NCBI GenBank assembly: GCA_000708835.1
Contig: DF237364.1
Location: forward strand, 1 to 64,000
DNA length: 64,000 nt
Reading direction: 5' to 3'
DNA from: Klebsormidium nitens
Lineage: Eukaryota > Plantae > Klebsormidiophyceae
Shown here: piece after piece, positions 33,499 through 47,496 of the stretch
How the letters are laid out: every line of letters begins with the position of its first letter
How positions within the stretch are numbered: position 1 is the first letter of the stretch
Notes under the pieces: generated by a model
Database searches by the model: none
The model's input: the letters and a program-made list of their open reading frames with translations, nothing else
What the model was told of the DNA's origin: nothing
Position numbers and translations under genes: made by a program

Positions 33499-36400
33499 AT
33501 GGCGGCGTCCGCAATACGCTCGTCCGTTGTGTGCAGCGCTTTCAAATGCTCACATTCACAAGACAGGAAATTCACCGCCAAAGCTCAATCTGAGGGTATT
33601 TCATCTTTGTTTTGTCCTCGAAAATGCAATGCAGCGCCGTTCGGGCGCTCAAAACATCGCCGCAGCAGAAATGATCTCAGGAGGTTGCAGTCGCGACATG
33701 CTATGGCAGATGCAAAACACAGACGCATGAGGTTTTCAACGTGTACTGTAAGAGCGGGTCCCACAGAGGGGCTGGACTTGATTGAAGCAGCGCAAGCTGA
33801 TTCAGAAGCTGAAGCAGTGAACGCCCTCAAAGAGGCAGCGGTGAGCAGTTCTTGACAATAATTGGATTTGTGAATGATTTCAGGACTTCTGTCTCTTTCT
33901 ATCTTATCCAGACTTTTTACCACCGTCCAAAAGCGGTCTTGCCTGAAGTTAGACAACTTGGAGATGGCATCCAAGCGGACTTGTGCGGCAGGTTCTCTTT
34001 CAGGTGAAAGCACACCCTAGTTCTATGTTGATTGAGCGTCGATTGCCATCCAGAGGATTCATGCATCGTAGGAGGAGTCATTCACTTTCCAGAAGATGCT
34101 GTTACATAACATTATAATGCAGTACATATTTTTGATGGCAGTGCTATTGTGTTTCTTGCATGATTGAGACCAAAAAACCATGTGGCTTTTTGCAGGGTAT
34201 CCTCGCGGGACTTGACGCTGACTTTCTCAAAAACTTACCCCAGGATCTAAAAGCGGATGTAAGGCACCCCTCTGCTTCATAAGCTAGGGCTTTCTTAAGC
34301 CCTCTAGCTGCTGCTGGCCATTGTCCTGTTCTTTCCGCTATGTGGCAGACTTCTATTTTTCAGTGTTGCATCTTCATGTATGGATCACACTGACGCTATG
34401 GCGCTCCATGTCTGTTTGCTCCCTTGTCTATTGTGATAGGCAGTGTTGGGTTCACTAGTGCCTAATCTTCTCAAATTCTGCTAAGCGGGCCGGCACTGGC
34501 CAATCCAATGCAAGTACACAAAGCCAAAAAACTGGCTTCTTATGCAGGCCAAATTCTCTGGTTTTCAGCTGGCGAATGGCCCCCTCGACAGAGAGGTAAG
34601 TGATGTCGACTTTCTGAACACAGGCCTCTTATGGTCTCAGAGTCAGACTGCTGCTAAGAGAGGAGCTAGTCATCTGAATCTGCCTTGCGTTACATCCGAA
34701 TTTGCCATGGACTTCTGCTTGGTAGATGGCAGTGGTAGCAAAATCCTGTGGCGATTCCAGCCCAATGACTGGTTTACATCTGACACGTGTTATCACATCA
34801 GATGGTCAGGCGCTCTAGAATATCGGTTCATTGTTCTTCTGAGCCTATTTGACAGTCTGGCCATGATATCTATCGAAGTATGTGTGCAGACTTTCGTGTT
34901 CTGCGGTCTTTTGAACTTTGTTGATCCTACAAGGGATTTCAGCTTGACATAGTCTCCCTTCCGCCTGCATCACAAGTCCGTAACCTCGAATCGCTCTTCC
35001 AACTTCCTTCTAGCCACGGCCTTGATGGATTTCAGACGCCAAGAATTCCGGTTAGAGACTCAACTCGCCAGCCCCTAACATCATCACATACGATGCATGA
35101 CTCTCCTTTTCCCTCTTTGTTACACAGGTTGGCGACTCGGCTGCTGCGGTTCTTGGCGGTCTGGGTCGCGCTTTTGAATCCCTGGACGCGAAAGCGGCTG
35201 CCGCTGCTGCTAGGGGGCTCGCAGATGCTGCTGCGGGCCTCCCCCCGAAAAGCAGCGAACGCGCGCGGTTCGGGCGGCGGCTGGCAGCGTTTGCGGGGCC
35301 GTTGCGGAGCGGAGACTGTGAAGAGCTGAAACAGGTAAGGAAAGATCTTGTATGTTGCACTAGACGGGGCTGCACGGTCGGTGAAGAAGGCAGTGCATGC
35401 TACTACACGGGGCGCAATATCACTGAATCGGAGCCCAAACCGGGCATCGAAACCAGAGCGTCCCACATCAGAAATGTGGCGGAGGAATCGGGGCCAGTTT
35501 AAAAGACATGAACCGGTTTGTGAGGATTGGCCCGGTTTTATGAGAACCGGTTCCTTTCTCCAGTGGACTGGCCTTGAACCGGGGCCCGCTTGCGAATCAT
35601 TGTCCACTTTCTCGGGGCGAGACGCTTTCCTTTGGCCCCCGTTTTGGCTCCAGTTTGGAGCCAAGGCATCCCGTGGGGAATTCGTTTCGATCCAGATTCT
35701 GGGTTATGGCATAAAAGGAGTTTTGAAGTCTGGTCGCGCAGGTCGTGGTGCGCAGTCCGCAGCCTCGGTAAAGTAAGTGCGAGCCTGGAAGTTGCTGCAT
35801 AGGATTGTGCCAGTGGTACTTTTGTGGCGACTAGAATGCGAGTAGCGCCCACATCAGTCGCTCTCTGACGTCAACTTGGTTGCGCTCCAATACAGCACGG
35901 GCCTTTTGAAGAAAACCTCGTTTGGGCAAAGAACGGTTAGGGTCGGAGCAGCCCTTTGAGCATGCAGTCTCAAAGGGGCGTGTTACTGCGCCTGTTTGTG
36001 ACGTTGATGGTGACCTGCTCGTCATTCTCTTAAAGGAGGCCGATCGTATGTGCGTCATGATAGGAAAATTTAGTGCAACCAAAGGAGATCGGCCCGGCTG
36101 TTTGCTGTTACTGCTGGCGGCCGAAATGTACGACATTTCTTAATGTGCTTGGTCATTCCCGTAGCGCTGCCAGAGGCGGCTGACATCTCAGTATCTTCCA
36201 GCTTCAGAGAGTGAGAGCGACTCTACTTAGACCTTCCGTTTTTACTCTTGTTGGATACCATCTCCCGCGTCTGACAGAAAGCGACGCCTTTTCTCGAAGT
36301 GGACGGGACACAGCATAGTCACAAATATACAGAGGTCCTCGCCCCGGCGTCAGCTTCTTGTCTTCTGCTCTCGCAGGTTGCCCGGGCGCTTTCTGCTGCT

Positions 36401-37837
36401 GGAAAGTCGATCGCCGAGGGAGCCGAGGAAAAGCCCGTCACGCCTCCGTCCCCAGAGTCGAAAGTGTTGAAGGTCAGCAAATGCGGCTTTACCGTCTGCC
36501 TTCTTTTAAGCAAGAATTTCAAGCATCCAGATTTTAATCCGTAACCCTCCTGTCGATCTACACGTTCTTGAGCGAAAACCTTGTCTACATAACCCTTTTA
36601 GTTCTGAGTTTCAGGGGAATGATGATCTTCAGTGCTTGTTCGTCAGCCTCCACCGAGAATACACCGTTACAATCTCGTTTTCTCCTCTCCTTGGACTTTT
36701 GGCACCAGCGAGAGCAAAGAGGTGACGTCAGATCCGAAACAACGGAACAGGCGCATGTAGGAGAAACCCACACGAAAATGTCAAACTTCCTTCTCATGCA
36801 TTTCCATACGGTCCGCAGTGGAGCAAGATTCATGAGTAGTACTAGCTCCGCTTTGTCAATGAGCATCTCGTAACGTATTTGAAAGGTTCGCATCCGGTAT
36901 TGATCATACTCTAGCAACTTTTGAACGTCCCACTTCTTCATAAAACGTTGCTGTAAGAACCTGCCGGGCTTGCAAGACTGCCTAAAGACCTTAGTCTACT
37001 CGTGAGTGCCTTATTCAAGGGGATTGTTCCCTTTCGAGGTTACTTAGAAGCCTTTGTTGCCGTCTGTTCAACACGTAACTTGCTGTCTTTGCAGTTCGGA
37101 AACCTGCAAGTCGAACTGACGCGACAGAAAGCGTTCGGAGGTGTCGTGGTAGCCTTTGTTTTTGGGTGAGCCTTTCAACCTGATTTGCATCTCGAAATTC
37201 ACTATTGGTGTGTACTCAGTGCGATCGCGGAGTGACAGCTTGCTTGCCTCTCGTTGGACAATACCTATACCGCACTGCTTTTCAATTGCCGTTGCCATTT
37301 CTCGACTGTTGGGAAAATCCATCACGGTTGGCTGCCTGGCTGGCTGTCCGTTCCACTCGCGCTGAACGGAACGGATTCCGCTTCCGCAGCTTCTTGTGCG
37401 CGCGGCTCACGGCCGGCCTCCAATCGATCGAACCCGACTCCATGCAGTACGCCAACGACAGCGCTTCGGCCCTTGCACAGGTGAGAAGTTTTTCTCGCTT
37501 CTTGTCTAACCTTCTTGTCTAACCTTCTTTTTGAATCTTATTGCTTAACCTTCTTTCTAACCTCCTAACCATTTTTACGATGGTTTCATCGCGGAGTTTG
37601 TGAGCCACACCCAATCCAATGGTGTGCTCGAAATTCAAACCCCGTGCTGGTCCAAAGTGCTCCACTGTCGTTATTGTGCAGCTTGCGGTCAGGAGAATAC
37701 AGATCTCGGCGCTTGATTGTTGCAGTCCGCAACAGGACATTGTCGATGATTCTCGTACGAGGAACCCGGTGCATCAGGCTGCTCATATTAAAGAGGGCGG
37801 ATTCGTCTTCACGTACCATTACATTCTGCTGAAATAG
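33499..37837 (+). CDS. Multi-exon hypothetical protein with a plastid transit-peptide-like N-terminus (possibly two genes)
   Basis: Exon 1 is 33499-33840 (MAASAIRSSVVCS..., donor GTGAGC). Further GT-AG exons join in frame: TFYHRPKAVLPEV..., VSSRGLDADFLK..., AKFSGFQLANGPLDRE, VGDSAAAVLGG...ELKQ, VARALSAAG...VLK, FGNLQVELTRQKAFGG. The last exon, 37682-37837, ends ...KEGGFVFTYHYILLK*. The family was not recognised. Confidence 0.6.
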
Positions 37838-39024
37838 CATCCTCGTTTCCGCGCAGTCGTTACGGGTTACACTCCTGGCGGCCGGCTGGTCGTGCACTGC
37901 AATGTCCGCGTTCTCAGCAGTGGGCCTTCTCGCGCTCGGTTTGCAAATGAAGGGCAAAGGAGAGGACAGTAGCTAGAACAGAGCTAGTCACAAGATCTTT
38001 GTAGAGTAACTGTTGTTGATGTGTCTGCAGTCTACAAGTAGATTGATTCGGCCAGAGTTTTGGTAGCAAGAGTTCCACACGGCTGGCGCCTTTGTCGCCG
38101 GTACTGCTTGCCGGTTACTACAAGAGACACGTGTAAATATCAGACGGCTTGGTTGTGGCAAACGGTTTGTTGCTCTGAGCGGCAGCGCGCGGCATTCATT
38201 GAGAGCACGGCTTGGACCACTGGCGGCCTCATGGCAAAGTACATGTCACCGAACGTCCCTTAATTAGAACGTATCTCTAAGTCTGGTTGTGTCGAGACAT
38301 CGTGTCAGGACACTGCGCTTGTTTAGTAGTACGTCACACCGATGATCTTAAGTAGTGACTCGGCCGGCGCAACCATCCACGGGATGGAAGAATTGTGAGA
38401 CCATGATGATAAATGAACTGAGTTTCATCCAATATCGGGATCGAACCTTCTATGGTCATTTGAAGCCCGCGGCATCTGCCGTATTAGTACTAATATAAAA
38501 CCAATAGGGGCGGCACAGCCCCCCGCCACGTGTCAGCCTGTACGTGAGGAAAGTGCTGGCGGCGCAAGTACCGCTATAGCATATCTACCTTCATCACTGT
38601 GCGTCATGCAGCTTATGGCTCCAGCGCACATTACTTGCCGCATGTTTAGCTCGGCCCTGGGATCGGTTGGGCGAGCTTTTTCGCGACCAACTTGAAATGA
38701 CGTCGTAATGAAAGCTACAAAGCTATTTCAGCGGCTCAAGACAAGTCGATCGGAAATAAGACAGTAGGGTACCTGCATGGAAGCGCTGGCAGACAATGAA
38801 ATCCGTTTGCAGAAAGGTCCGGCGATCGATCTCGCTAGCTCTTGCCGCATCGCAATTTGTTCGTAACGTACACAGATGAAGTGTGGATGTATCTTCATTA
38901 CAGTCTTCATTAAACTGGGACGCAATTTGGACTTAAGTACTTGCTTACACCGAACACTGGGCTTGAAGCCCAAGTGTGGACGAACAACAGCAGCGGGCCA
39001 TATATTGGCGCTCATGAATTCAGT

Positions 39025-42000
39025 CAGCTGCGTCCGTCGACTACCCGTCCCTTTGGGGCCTGCTTTTTGTGCGGGTTTGAAGGGGCTATCCGCTGATAGT
39101 TCCCTAAACGAGCCGGAAGGTCGCCTGCAGGATGGGTGCCACGTGTCAAGTCAGCTGCTTAGATACCTTGCGAACACGCATGCTGCGCGCCAGCTTTGGC
39201 AACAAAAGAGCCTTCCAAACATAGGAGACCAGCAGTTTGTGGGCTGTAAAAGATCCACGCCGGTGTATCATAGTACCGTAAAGCATCCACGAGAATCACC
39301 GGAATCAGAATTAAGCCTTGTGAGCCAGATCAAAGAAAGGCACCCCGTCACACCCGTTGAGTGACCATGAATCACTAAACTCCCCTTCGGAACAACTCGC
39401 CAAAAAGTACAGTGCCCGGCGTTACTGGCCTTCCTTACGCCGTATGTTCACAAGCTGCTCCTTGCAAACTACCTTGGCAAACGTCTCCCTGGCTTCATGC
39501 TTTGTTTTGATAGGCAACCAGCTTATGCCCTGTTCAAAATGGGCCCACTAGCAGCCATAATTTCACATGTGAGAGGGAACAGTATGGGGCAAGAATTGAC
39601 GAAGAAACCAAAGTGAAACAAACGCACCCCATCTTCGCTGTCTCCGGCCGTTCAGAATTTTGTCCAGATCGTTGTGCAAGTCGGGGTCGTAGCGCTGTGG
39701 CCGGTCGGTCTTGGCACCGAATCTTTTGACGGACGGGAGGGGGCTGGCACGCCGGCGCAATACGGACGCCAGAGACGGGCGGTCAAACGGGAGGGGTTCC
39801 ACCTGCGGAGAGACACTTTGCTTTACTGTGATGTCAACGCAGTTCGGAAGGTCTCGTGGTGACTGCTGGGACGCGTCTCGTATGGGCGAAGATGACTGCT
39901 GGGCCAGAACTTCTGTCGTGGACTTCATCAAGCATCCAGACCGGCAACGATTCGCTTATGCGTCAGTTGCCGGAGAGACCACGGTATGGATCACTATTTA
40001 CCGATTGTTGATCGGCCGCAAAGGCACTTTCAAGTTTAAAAAAGGCAATTGACCCTAGTTGAACTTGAATCTTTTGCGACCCATCTCTTTCCTTCGTGTG
40101 AAGCTTAAAACACCTTCAAACACATGGCGATATGCCCTGAAAGCCTTGATAACCAAGTCCTGATAAAGAAACGCTCTCTTCGCTCGTCAGTCAAGACGTG
40201 CCACGTGTCTCACCAGCGCGAGCGTGTCCCGTATAAGCGCGCCCTTGAGCGCGCAGTCGAGGGGCGTCCCGGTCTCCATTGACGGGCTCGAGTTAACCTC
40301 CACTAACCACGGCCGCTGGGTTTCGTCAACCAACACATCGTAACCAAACAACTCGAAACAGTTTCTATTTGCGGGTATGGCTGTCTGCACCGCTTCTAGT
40401 GACTGGAGAACCAGCGCTGTTATCCGCCGCCAAAGCCGGTCTACGTTAACCCCGTGGCTAACCATGAGGGCGAAGGCACGGGTTAGCGAAAACTTGCAGC
40501 CGCCGTAGAGGCTTTCAAACGCTTCGCTATGTTGCGCTGGAACTTCCGACTCGGGCGCCTTGGCTGCTTCGGTTCTTCTACTGCTATGGCTGCCGCTGGC
40601 GCAAAGCACTTTCCGCTCTAAGGACGATCCTTTAGAAAGATCAGCCCCGTATCTCCGCGGATTCGGAACGGAATTTTCTGTATCTATAAGTTCCTGATCT
40701 CTGTTTGATCTCCAATCCTTGCATTCAGCCCCGTCAGCTTTTGCGGGCCCTGAACTACAACCAGTTATACAGTCCCCTTCCTCAACAGCATCTCCCCCTT
40801 TTTCGCCATTTCTGTCCGAAGCTTCCGTTGGGTGGTAGTCAGCAGAGGTGCGGCGACACGTGTCGCCGTCAGATTGATACAGCAGGAAGCTGGGCACGTG
40901 GTCTCGCTGTTTCTGCACCTCGGTATTGGTCAGGTGAACTAACGGGTCGGTTAGGGACGCCTCGGTGAGCTCGTAGGGCCTACTGGCGAAGCGCGCAAAG
41001 CCCTGCAAGAAGAGGAGACGGACAGGTACTCAGGATTCAAAATAGAATCGGTCGACCGTTGAAATGAATTAGAAGTGTTGGAGAGACACCCTGCTCTGCA
41101 CTGTACGGCCAGATTGCGAAGCGCGCGACGCCATGCAAAAGAGCAGTGTTGAAAAACGGGTCTGACAAGATGCACACGACCTACCAAACGATCCGCAAAG
41201 CGGGCGACTTGGTATCAACTCGCAAAAACTTCAAAAGCAGGTTTCTTTATGCAGAAAGGGTGATTGCCTCCAGAGAAAAAATGACGTCAAACCTGAGGGC
41301 GTGCACTGCTCAGGTAACCAGATGAACAAAAGAAGAACAGAGCACGACGAAAAGAAGAAAAGTGAAGACCTTCCACAAAGCGAGTAGGGCTTCCAACGAG
41401 CAAGATGCAACCCTGAAAGAAAAATTTCGCTCACCTCCTGATACAGGAACGCCTCCAGCGGGTTGAATGACGTCACGAGGACGTAGAGCCGCAGGTCGAA
41501 CTTGTGGCCGTGCAGCAGCAGCGGATGCTCGACGTACTTCTGGACGACCATGGCCTCGCCGTACGCCACGTGGCAGATGTCCGACACCAGGAAGATGCCC
41601 TCGCCCCGGGAGCGGCCCACCGGTTTCATGATCCACACGTTGGAGCAATCGGGGGAGGCGGACTGGGGAGCGAGTACGGAACTGGTGTTCAAGCGAAGTC
41701 GCAGAAAGAGAGTCCCCGTGGCTATGAGTCGGAAAGGTGACTACACGAGCAAGGGTAAAATGAGCAGTAGTGCTGACATACATCAACCATCCTTCAAATC
41801 GATGACGGATATGTAAACGTTTCTAGGCATGCTCAGTACCGAGAGGGAATGGATGCACTGCGTCTGCCTGTTTATCCCCTTCTGAGACCGTTGGACTCGA
41901 GGCAACTGCCCAAATCGCTTCGCTCGCGGGACACAAACCTTCCAAGAGAGTGTGCAATCGCTGTTCATAACACTTGCACAAGCGCCCAACGCGTTCAGAA

Positions 42001-45000
42001 GCTGTTCTCATCCTTCCTTCAGGTCTCTTTGTGCGCCTTCAGGGCAGACGGACTTTTGCCCGCTCGAATAGGGAGTCGATTGTTCAATATTTTCAGCTAG
42101 TGCTGGTCGAGTTCACCTAAAATTAAGCAGAACAACCAAGCCTGCAAGCCCGTAAGATCCTCACCGTCTCCTCCGCAGACAAACTCTCCCCGCCTCCCTT
42201 GCTTCCGTCCGCATCCACGCCAGAGGCAAAGGACTGCCTTTCGGACGCTTCGTTGACGTCATTTGCTGACTCGGACGCGGCCGCCTGCTTTCCAAACGGA
42301 CCGCTGACGTCAGCATCCGAGTCCGCCGCAAGGACGGGCTTTCCGGACGGTTTGCTGACGTCAGGTGCTGATGCGGACGCAGCGGCGAGTGGTTCGGACG
42401 GGTCGCGGACGTCGGTCCTGCCGTCCGAGAATGCGCGCACGAATGCGACGTATTCGCGCGGCAGCGTGAAGGTGGTGGGCATGAGCGAGTTGGCGGCGCG
42501 CGAGAAGCGCGCGAGGTGGCCTTTGAGGAGGTCCTGCAAATGATCGAACGAGTGACTAAGTTGACCACAGCTTCAAGCTTCTCGAACCCCGGGCAAACCA
42601 CGTTTACGTTTACGTTACGTTTACGTTTACGTTGCGGCTTAGAGCCTGTTTTTAGGAGATCATCGGACCAACCGTTTGAAACCCAGATCTCGCAGAAGAA
42701 TCGTTTGAAATGACAGCGTTTTCGCGAGACTGCTCAATCGAACCGCTCTAAAGATGCGGTTGCTGAAGACCGCACTCTCGGAATAGACATTGCTGTGCAC
42801 GAGCACTCGGTGCAGCTCAGACCTCAGCCCATTCCTTTCAGTGTAACGAAGGATGACGCGCGCTCACCTTCCTAGTGAGCTGCTTGGAGTTGGGGAAATG
42901 GTTCACCCTCTGCCACGTCAGCAGCTCGCTGTAGTCAACACGTGGCCTCTGCAGGTGAAATACCAGGAATCAGTAGAGTACAAGGAGGCACGTCGCGGAG
43001 GCTCTAGCGAACATCGAGCAATTGCCATGGGACCCTCCGCGAAGCTGGCAATGCAGATACTCTGTAGAGAAGAGCTCTTACATACCCTGTCACGCGCAAT
43101 CTGACTTCTCACTATCTTGATGCAAAAGCTGAGGCAGAGAAGTGGCTTTTCGCAGGGAAGTACATGTAGATGATTTACAGTTTCCCGAACCTTGACTCCT
43201 TTTCGCTGCTGCATAGGAGCGACAATCCGCACAATGACAAGCTGCCACAATAAGAAACTTGTTCTCTCACCGCAGCCCAGGTCCAGAGCACGTTCCACGT
43301 CGTGCTGCGGGCGTCCGCATCCACTGCCCACGCTCCGGACACGCGCGCGCATGACGCCAGCAAGTCCGCCACCTGCACCAGAAGTGGACGTCAGCAACCG
43401 TTCGCAAGCGCTGTGCTAGTGCTACCGCTTGAATGAATGATCTGGGAATAATATAAAAGTCGTAACGTGGCCCCCTAGGAGCCGCCCACTGAAGCAAAGC
43501 GGGGCTACATCTTTCCCGATCCTATGCAACTTACCGACGGCAGCTCATTTGGACTTCTTTACAAGCAAATCTCCATCAGACCTCTGGCACTGGAAGCAGC
43601 TCACCGGGACCTTAGACGGGGCCTGATCATTCGGACGGCTCTAAGAGCGAGGATCATGCTTCGACAGGTGGAAATCCGACACAAATCTCAATCGCCAAAT
43701 TGCTGTAAACTTTGAGCTGCTGTTTGCAAGGAAAAGGGAGAGGAACTTGCGGCGGCACCTCGGAGTGGTCTCCAGCGTCCACGCGCAGGAGGAGAACGTC
43801 GGACGTCCGCAGCCCAGGCCCGCCAGGCAGGTCCGGCAGCAGCTGAGCGTCCGTGTCCAGACACTGCGCGACGTCCTACATGCGCACAACAAAATTTTTC
43901 AGGGCCCTTGATTCAAATATGGGGCCCACGATGAAATTTTCTCTCTGTGATCTACAATCTGGCCGTACGCAGCTCGTCAGGTATATCCTGCGGACTGGCA
44001 TACCGAAGAGCCGCGGCAGAGTAAAGGGGGCCCACGTGAAGATTGGCGTCTGTTCGGGTATTTGTCATCCGGCCACCATTGCGAGTGACGCAGTCAAAAT
44101 CCCCCTTGGAGAACGACGCGGGAGTATGTCGTCCTTTTCCATGTGAACGGTTGAAGCCCTATTGTCTATTCGGACAACCGCGGTTGAGCTCTCACCCCTG
44201 GAAAGTGACCTAAGACCGACTAGCAGGCTGACTCACTATGAGCAGAACGTCCGGGCGTTCGTTTCTGGAGCTTGTGGTGCCTCAAGAAATGTAGATTTTG
44301 TTCAAGGCAGATTCGGAATGTGCCAAAAAGGCGATTGAATGCGTTGCTTCTCACCTTGTAAAATTGCTGTAGAGCTGGACCCGGCCGTGCCGTTCCTTCC
44401 TTGCTCAGCGCCGCACCCGGAGCAAAGCGCGTGAAGATCTGCTCGAACCGGGTTAGTGAGCCAAAGTCAGTTTGGCTAACCACTGCTGAGACAAGCGTCC
44501 CGCTACCTACGGCTGAGGTGGTGGGTTCCGTTTGACTAACCCCGCTTGAATGATCGAGGTTTTGGCCTGCTGAGACTGCTGGTGCTGCTAACTTCGGAGG
44601 AATCGAGTCCCTTTCGTCGTCTTCAGCAAGAGCCCCTCTTTCCAAATGCGTAACTACACCGCGGGAACTTTTCCCGATTTCGCCACCTAACTGGCTTGCG
44701 GATGGCTCAGGTTCGATTTCGCTCTCCGGTATCAACGAAGCGCTGTCCAACTGACCCTCGAGGGCCTTCGAAGCGGGTCCAGTTGTTGAGAACCGGCTTT
44801 CGAAGCTAGTTCCTTGTGGTGCTGACGACGCATCAGTTTCTAATGCTTCACGTTCACTGCGTTCAGGGAGACTGTTCCTCACATCGCCATCAATGAGCTG
44901 TCCCTCCGACGAATTCCCTTCTGAGGCCTGATAGGCTTCCGTTACTTCGCTCGCTTCTCTATGCGCACCGCTACTTGCCTCTCCGAGCATCGTTTCAGCT

Positions 45001-46265
45001 GAGCTAGACCTCGTGACTGGATCGCATTTGGCCGAGCTGAGAGTGTCGACTTCTTTGAGTTTTTCCTCGTTCTGCTGGAACTCAGTACTCTTGCTCAACT
45101 TTCCACCAGCGCGCTCGGCCCTTTCCGAAGAGCCTGACAAACCGCTGAGCTTTTCATGCCCAGATCCCTCCGCATGCTCTATACTTTTCTCGTATCCAGC
45201 TTCCATAGAGCCGCCAACGTTTCTAGACTTGGCGCCCTGGCTCGCTGGGCTCCTTCGAAGGCACTCGGACGGAAGTTCCGAGGAGGTTGAGATCCTAACA
45301 GTCTCAGAACCCGCACGATAAACTCCCAGGTCCCCAATCCCTGGCAGTGCCTCAACCAAAACCGCTGCCACATTCTCTTCGTCTGTTTGCGTGTTGCCTT
45401 CTTGTTCTCCATCACCCGACTTGCCGAGCTCCGTTCCCAACTTCGGCCCAACTGTCAAGTCGCTCAGATTAGAACTGTTCACGTCCTTCCCTCTAATCAC
45501 ACCCCCAGCCGCCCCGCTTCTAGCCGGAGCGTCCCAGCTTGACTTTTCGCCGCTACTTTCCACCCTCTTTTGGCAATTTCCGCTAGCCTTCACGTCCTTC
45601 TTCTCTCCCCCTCTTCCGAGTTCCCCAATCGTTCGCCCTCCAAGAACCCGTGCTACGTCCCTTTTCTTCTCAGCGTTCTCCTTGGCCCCCTCCCCTCTCT
45701 CCGCTTGCCCCTTCCGAGGGGTCTCACCATCCGGCTTCTTCCGCAAGCTGCTTCTTCTCCGGGGGGATGACATCACAGGCGACGCCCCGATCACGATCTC
45801 TGTGAGAATAGACGCTCGAGCAGTCTTGCTGCCTTCCAAATGGGGGGCTGCAAAGGCGCGTTTCTGAGTGGGGGCTGTTGTAGTGTCCCGAAGTGGAATA
45901 TTTGCGGCCGCCTGGCGACTATTGAGTTGACCAGGGGGAGAGAAACTTGGCCCCTGCTCGTTGTCACTGAGCGATGGTGCGGTCTCTTCGGGAATCTTCG
46001 CAGAGTGCTCAGAGTTCGACAAATATTGTAACTTCGAGTTTGAGAGACTAGTGGTGGTGGAAATGAGCGGAGAAGAGGACGGGGAAGGTGACAATTGTAC
46101 AGGTGCTCCTCGGATATCTGTTGGGGAGGATAATTTGGCTGGGGGAAGAGGGGGGGGGCTAGGCAGCAGCTGTAGAGCGAGATCTTCGGAGCCCTGGCGC
46201 TCCTGCAGCTCTTGATGAATAAGGCGGTGCCGCCAATTGAGACTGCACAGAGGAGGACATGACAT
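39025..46265 (-). CDS. TTLL: Tubulin-tyrosine ligase-like (TTL/TTLL, probable polyglutamylase), multi-exon
   Basis: WNVLWTW, MPTTFTLPREY, WIMKPVGRSRGEGIFL, VVQKYVEHPLLLHGHKFDLRLYVLVTSFNPL, GFARFAS, HLTN and CFELFGYDVLVDETQRPWLVEVNSSPS. The last exon, 39124-39025, reads DLPARLGNYQRIAP...*. The start codon is uncertain. Confidence 0.92.
42600..42633. repeat. Intronic microsatellite (ACGTTT)n
   Basis: About 5-6 imperfect units, directly visible. Confidence 0.85.
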
Positions 46266-47496
46266 CAGGCAAATGCCATCAAGAGATGGTCAGGCAAAGA
46301 CCTGCGTCATTGCAGTGGCCATTGATTGCAACAAAGACCAGAGCAGAACATTCTCTTGGAACAGCCACGTCTGAGCTTCACCGCCATGCTGAAAGCTAGG
46401 ATCCTACAGAATGTTCAATGTCAACGAGCACCAGGCTAAAGGGAAGTCTCCAGCAGCTTAGTGTGACGGGCCAATTCACGGAGCGGTGCTTACGCTTGTC
46501 CATCAGATTGGTGGTTGCCTGAGCTGAGCTCCCCCAGCAGCTCCTCTGTGGACAGGTCAAAGATGTCGGTGCAGTCCATGGCCTTCCGGCCTCTGCAACC
46601 CTGCCTATGCTAATGCAGGTTTGCATCGCCGCATCTGCAGCATGGGATTGAGCTGGGGAGTGCCATCAGGTGCAGAGGCACACCTTTCATCATCACGGCA
46701 GAAATCCTTATAACAAGATGTGTCAGAAAATGAATGCATGCTCCTGCTGCCACCTTCATCAGGCGAGCTTTTTTGTCAGCAGCTTTCACAAATCAGCTGG
46801 ACCCATACACAAATGCCCAGAGCAGGGCCGCAAAACTAATCAAGCCAGCTGAACAGAAGACGGTGCAATCGTAAAGAACAGGCCCTCGTCTAATCAGCCT
46901 CTGTCGATCGCTTTGAAGTTGGAGAAGCTTTTCACAGGCGCTGACACTGAAGGGAGTGAAGCTGCCTTTCTGGCTTCCAAGGCTCACAAAGTTAGGGTTT
47001 GACGCAGTGCTTCTGGTGCGTCCGATACTCAGCCCGCCAACCATCGACCGCCTCTATTTGATTTGAGCTACTCGGAAAAAGGCCCTCTAAATCGTTTGGG
47101 ATGAGCAAACTGTAGTTCAGAGCAAACCTGCTGCCACTGGCAGAACAGAACCACTTGAAGACGTTCTGTGCAGCTTGTAGTAGAGGGGCGCATGCTTGGC
47201 CAGGTGGTGAAGTACTTCCTTTGAAGTTTACAGCTTTCTGCCTGCTACTGCTGTTGCTCCTTCTCTGGCAAGCCATACCCTGCGTATCAGCTTCTGAAGC
47301 TGAACCGAGTTTGTATCTTGCGTGTCAAGGGCAGGCAATCCAATCCTTCAATTCAACCTGCTGAATATCTATTTCCGGGCAACCATCAATTAGTTTGATT
47401 GTAAACGACGGGAAGGTGACACTGACAGAAGAGGAGCTAAGGAAAACGTCCAAAATCAAACAAAACCTAAAAGAGAAAAGCTGCTGTGCTTTTGGG

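Noticed and set aside
33585-37957. Minus-strand ORFs 33585-34013, 35052-35375 (transit-peptide-like), 36585-36941 and 37586-37957
   Set aside because: Splice donors and acceptors with in-frame exons are on the plus strand, so these are antisense shadows.
38490-38535. Palindrome TATTAGTACTAATA and G-box/ABRE GCCACGTGTC
   Set aside because: Short motifs expected by chance, with no clear downstream gene start.
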